Shown here: positions 59,497 to 64,000 of the stretch, in pieces
How the letters are laid out: the number at the start of each line of letters is the position of its first letter
Position numbering within the stretch: position 1 is the stretch's first letter
Assembly: GCA_030390025.1 (NCBI GenBank)
Contig: CM059427.1
Coordinates: 188,542,001 to 188,606,000, forward strand
DNA length: 64,000 nucleotides
Source: Squalus acanthias
Lineage: Eukaryota
Direction of reading: 5' to 3'
Translations under genes and position numbers: made by a program
Notes under the pieces: generated by a model
The model's input: the letters and a program-made list of their open reading frames with translations, nothing else
What the model was told of the DNA's origin: nothing
Databases searched by the model: none

Positions 59497-60216
59497 GTAC
59501 CTGATAAACCCCTTCGAATCCAGCACAGCTCCAGTTCTGGACATGATAAACCCCTTCGAATCCAGCACAGCTGCAGTTCTGGACAGGATAAACCCCTTCG
59601 AATCCAGCACAGCTCCAGTTCTGGACATGATAAACCTCTTCGAATCCAGCACAGCTCCAGTCCTGTACATGATAAACCCCTTCGAATCCAGCACAGCTCC
59701 AGTTCTGGACATGATAAACCCCTTCGAATCTAGCACAGCTCCAGTTCTGTACATGATAAACCCCTTCGAATCCAGCACAGCTCCAGTTCTGTACATGATA
59801 AACCCCTTCAAATCCAGCACAGCTCCAGTTCTGTACATGATAAACCCCTTCGAATCCAGCACAGCTCCAGTTCTGGACATGATAAACCCCTTCGAATCCA
59901 GCACAGCTCCAGTTCTGGACATGATAAACCCCTTCGAATCCAGCACAGCTCCAGTTCTGGACATGATAAACCCCTTCGAATCCAGCACAGCTCCAGTCCT
60001 GGACATGATAAACCCCTTCGAATCCAGCACAGCTCCAGTTCTGGACATGATAAACCCCTTCGAATCCAGCACAGCTCCAGTTCTGTACATGATAAACCCC
60101 TTCGAATCCAGCACAGCTCCAGTCTGGACATGATAAACCCCTTCGAATCCAGCACAGCTCCAGTCTGGACATGATAAACCCCTTCGAATCCAGCACAGCT
60201 CCAGTTCTGGACATGA
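59497..60216. repeat. 42-bp minisatellite, about 17 units
   Basis: ATGATAAACCCCTTCGAATCCAGCACAGCTCCAGTTCTGGAC repeated head to tail. Confidence 0.97.
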
Positions 60217-60300
60217 CAAGACGGCTCAGCAAAAGCCTGAGATTGTTCTGTGTGAAACTTTCAGGCTTGTGATCTGCTCCTCGCTTTCATAATAAACCTA

Positions 60301-60520
60301 AATGAGAAGTCGCACAACACCAGGTTATAGTCCAACAGATTTATTTAAAATTACAAGCTTTCGGAGCTGTCGCCCTTCCTCAGGTATTATAACTTTACCT
60401 GAGGAAGGGGCGACAGCTCCGAAAGCTTGTAATTTTAAATAAATCTGTTGGACTATAACCTGGTGTTGTGCGACTTCTCATTTTTGTCCATCCCAGTCCA
60501 ACGCCGGCATCTCCGCATCA
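60301..60520. mobile_element. Miniature Penelope foldback (hairpin)
   Basis: 60301-60386 inverted at 60397-60483; TSD TCATAATAAACCTA. Confidence 0.85.
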
Positions 60521-61392
60521 TAATAAACCTAGACTCACTTCCCCAGATTCTGGGTCACAAATAGTTTATCAAAATGTACAGAATTATTACAGTGAATAAA
60601 AATGAGGCCAAGAGAGATTCCCTCAACTGAAGTGAGGTGTGATCTGGTTGCTGAGTCGTCGCCTCCTAATCCAAGTTCGGAGAGTCCCTTCTCATCCATT
60701 GTCTGTTCCAGACTGAGGAGAATCTGTGGGAGATGAGTGACTAAATATCAAACTGTGTGGGAGAGGGAGGTCATTGGGAGGGGGGACGGCCCATCACCAC
60801 CTCAGGTGCCAGTGCTGCCCTCATCCTGAGAATAAATATAAAAAGGATCCTTTTTCAGTGTGTATTTTCCAGAAGTTTCCTCCACAGCCTGCATTCTGCA
60901 GGGAAATAAAGTTTCTTCTCATCTTAACTCTGTCCTCAGGTTTCATATTTTTACGCAGCTCCTGTCGTTTGATATTCATGATTCAATTTAAACTACCTAA
61001 ATTGTCAGACTCTCTCATCATTTTAAAGACTTGGATCATGTCATGTGACCCCTTCAGGCTTCTTCAGTGAAAAGACCTCCATCTGTCACTCACTAGACTT
61101 TGACATAACCAGAAGGGAACATTCCCTGGGTTTAGGATCCTTCCTGTTTTTATGCAGGAGTTACCATTTTTAACCAGCTTCCATTGTTACATTCTTACAT
61201 GGACTATTTTAAAATTAATACAGAAATCTGACTACATTGAAAATCACACCGATTTGTATAAAACCCATCTTTAGAAACGATAGGAAAACTGGAAGAAGAG
61301 AAGGGGTAGCCTTATTGATTAAAGATACTATTACAAGATTAGTAGATTAGTAAGAGAGGAAATAAGTTAGGGAAAGCATTCAGTGGAGACTC

Positions 61393-62131
61393 TGGGGCAA
61401 AAAATTTGGTATCGACCATTTTGGGCGCTAACATCGCCTGGGTGCTAAAGTTAGCGCTCGGCGAAAAATAGCACTGGCGATCGATAAATTCAGTATTAAC
61501 GCCCCAAGAGGGAGGTGGAGCGCTAATTCAAGCACTCCACTTCCGTCTTAGAGCGCTAACCCCGAATATCGGGGCGGTGCGTTCTGCAGCGATCCGCACT
61601 GGGCCACGTAGCGCTGCCGAATGGAAGGGCTCTTCACCTCATTAAAGGGGAGGGCCCAAGCCCACAACTCTGCGGGGCCCTACCGGGATCACCGGGGAGC
61701 GGGGTTCCGTGCCAGCAGCCCAGCACACAAGAGGAGCGCCGGGCTGCCAGATCACAGCACGGATCCTGTGTTCAAAGAGGCAACGGGCCGCGACAAGTAA
61801 GTCGGCTGATTTTTTATTGTTCCCTGCTCGCCACCTCTCCTTTACTTAGCGCCCCGCGAGCCTCCTGCCTCTCCGTTCCCGTCCCCTGAATCAGTCGCTG
61901 TCATCGCCCGGCACAGATTCAGGGGGGCGCGGGCCAATTTTGCAGGCGGGGCAAAAACGGGGCGCTGCGCACGGTGATGATGTTGCTACCGGTTACCGCC
62001 GCCACTAAATTCCCGCTGAATTTAGCGGGAGTCATTTGCGGCCCCGCGCCCGGGCGAAAAGTCACTTGCGCCCCATTAGCGCCCCCCGGAGGCACTAACG
62101 AGAGGCGGAAATGCACCGAATTTCTAGCCCA
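61393..62131. mobile_element. GC-rich Harbinger-type MITE inside a CR1 endonuclease fragment
   Basis: GGGC...AATT / AATTTCTAGCCC termini; flanks translate to GGGVALLIK and GVVYRPPG...GDF. Confidence 0.55.
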
Positions 62132-62867
62132 ATTGATGATTAGAATTGAGCAATAAGAGAAGACTTAAACCTGTTATGGGAGTTGTCTACAGGCCTCCTG
62201 GTTGCAGCAATGAAGTGGCAGAATGTATTAATTCAGAGATTAGAGAGGCTTTTAGCATAAGCTGAGTTGCTTTAATGGGAGACTTTGGGCTCAATTTTAA
62301 TGGGGAAGGAGGGCTGGGTGCGGGAGTGCTCCGAGGTGGTCAGGAAACTCAGGAGAACATTTTCCCACAGGCCCTGCCAACTTTAGCAGCAGGGCCTGAT
62401 TAGCATGGGAAGCCTCTGTTTCCCACTCTCAGACAGCCAGATGGAGAGCTTGGCTGGCTGCGGGCGGGTAGGCCTGCAGCACTAGGCCGCAGAGAGGAGG
62501 GAGGGAGGGATCAGGTGGGAGCCGGGGTCAGCCGGAGGAGGATCGGAGATGGGGGTGAGAGAGAATCGGGGCCGGAGCATCGGGGGCGGGAGGAGAGGGA
62601 AGAATGGATCGGGGCCGGTCTCCTGAGATTGGGGATTCGGGAGGCGGGGGCGGTGGGGGAATGGATGAATGAGTCAGGTCCGGACTACTGAGCATCGAGT
62701 AGTAGGGAGGGAAGACTGGATCAGGGCTGGAGCTTCGCGGGGGTGGGAGAGTAGATCAGGGCCGGAGGATCGGGGTGGGTGGGAGAGTAGATTGGGGCCG
62801 AAGGATCGGGAGGGTGGGAGAGTAGATTGGGGCCAGAGGATCGGAGGGGGGGGGGGTGGTAACGAAT

Positions 62868-64000
62868 TTTGGGGCCAGAGGATCAGGGGATGGGACAGTA
62901 TATTGGGGTCGGAGGATCGGGGGGTGGGACAGTATATTGAGGCCGGAGGATCGGGGGGTGGGACAGTATATTGAGGCCGGAGGATCGGTGGCTGGGACAG
63001 TATATTGGGGTCGGAGGATCGGGGGGTGGGACAGTATATTGGGGCCAGAGGATCGGGGGATGGGACAGTATATTGAGGCCGGAGGATCGGGGGATGGGAC
63101 AGTATATTGGGGTCGGAGGATCGGGGGGTGGGACAGTATATTGGGGCCAGAGGATCGGGGGATGGGACAGTATATTGGGGTCGGAGGATCGGGGGATGGG
63201 ACAGTATATTGAGGCCGGAGGATCGGGGGATGGGACAGTATATTGGGGCCGGAGGATCGGGGGATGGGACAGTATATTGGGGCCGGAGGATCGGGGGATG
63301 GGACAGTATATTAGAGCCAGAGGATCGGGGGATGGGACAGTATATTGGGGTCGGAGGATCGGGGGATGGGACAGTATATTGGGGCCAGAGGATCGGGGGA
63401 TGGGACAGTATATTGGGGCCGGAGGATCGGGGGATGGGACAGTAAATTGGGGCCAGAGGATCGGGGGATGGGACAGTATATTGGGGCCAGAGTATCGGGG
63501 GATGGGACAGTATATTGGGGTTGGGGGATCGGGGGATGGGACAGTATATTGAGGCCGGAGGATCGGGGGATGGGACAGTATATTGGGGTCAGAGGATCGG
63601 GGGATGGGACAGTATATTGGGGTCAGAGGATCGGGGGATGGGACAGTATATTGGGGTCGGAGGATCGGGGGATGGGACAGTATATTGGGACCAGAGGATC
63701 GGGGGTTGGGACAATATATTGGGGCCAGAGGATCGGGGGATGGGACAGTATATTGGGGCCAGAGGATCGGGGGATGGGACAGTATATTGGGGTCGGAGGA
63801 TCGGGGGATGGGACAGTATATTGGAGCCAGAGGATCGGGGGATGGAACAGTATATTGGGGCCAGAGGATCGGGGGTTGGGACAGTATATTGGGGTCGGAG
63901 GATCGGGGGATGGGACAGTATATTGGGGTCGGAGGATCGGGGGAATGGGACAGTATATTGGGGTCGGAGGATCGGGGGATGGGACAGTATATTGGGGCCG
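62868..64000. repeat. 34-bp G-rich minisatellite, about 33 units, running off the window
   Basis: GGGACAGTATATTGGGGCCGGAGGATCGGGGGAT. Confidence 0.97.

Noticed and set aside
59497-60216. CRISPR array or tRNA-fragment array
   Set aside because: No unique spacers, eukaryotic context, and the TTCGAATCC-to-CCA spacing is 2 nt short of a tRNA 3' end
59465-63552. Long repetitive ORFs in the 42-bp and 34-bp arrays (also the GQFC repeats at 45402-45799)
   Set aside because: By-products of stop-free tandem units; no splice or domain support

Overview
Vertebrate genomic DNA, most likely a cartilaginous fish (shark-type CR1, Penelope and Harbinger repeats), roughly three quarters transposable element. 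(1) 1-7903: 3' part of an env-bearing LTR retroelement (loki/SnRV/gypsy-like). It has gag, a UGA-CUAG readthrough into a pol reduced by in-frame deletions (no RT, no integrase core), and an F-protein-type env with an apparent immunoglobulin domain at its N-terminus. Its 3' LTR is interrupted by a solo LTR of a sister family. (2) 11464-17686 (minus): a young provirus with about 1.4% LTR divergence, a CTAT target-site duplication (TSD) and a tRNA-Ser PBS. It keeps intact gag, integrase and gamma-type env but lacks protease and RT. (3) 29111-57162 (plus): an apparently intact multi-exon host gene assembled here from splice sites, encoding signal peptide-V-C2-V-C2-TM-short tail. It is CD4/LAG-3-like, with a cysteine-free D1, no Lck-binding motif, two candidate last exons and a decayed duplicate D4 exon. 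(4) Solo LTRs, Penelope elements with inverted pLTRs and hammerhead-ribozyme motifs, CR1/L2 LINE fragments, Harbinger-type MITEs (one with an expanded GC-box array), and 42-bp and 34-bp minisatellites. Family assignments rest on motif recognition by eye; no database searches were run.
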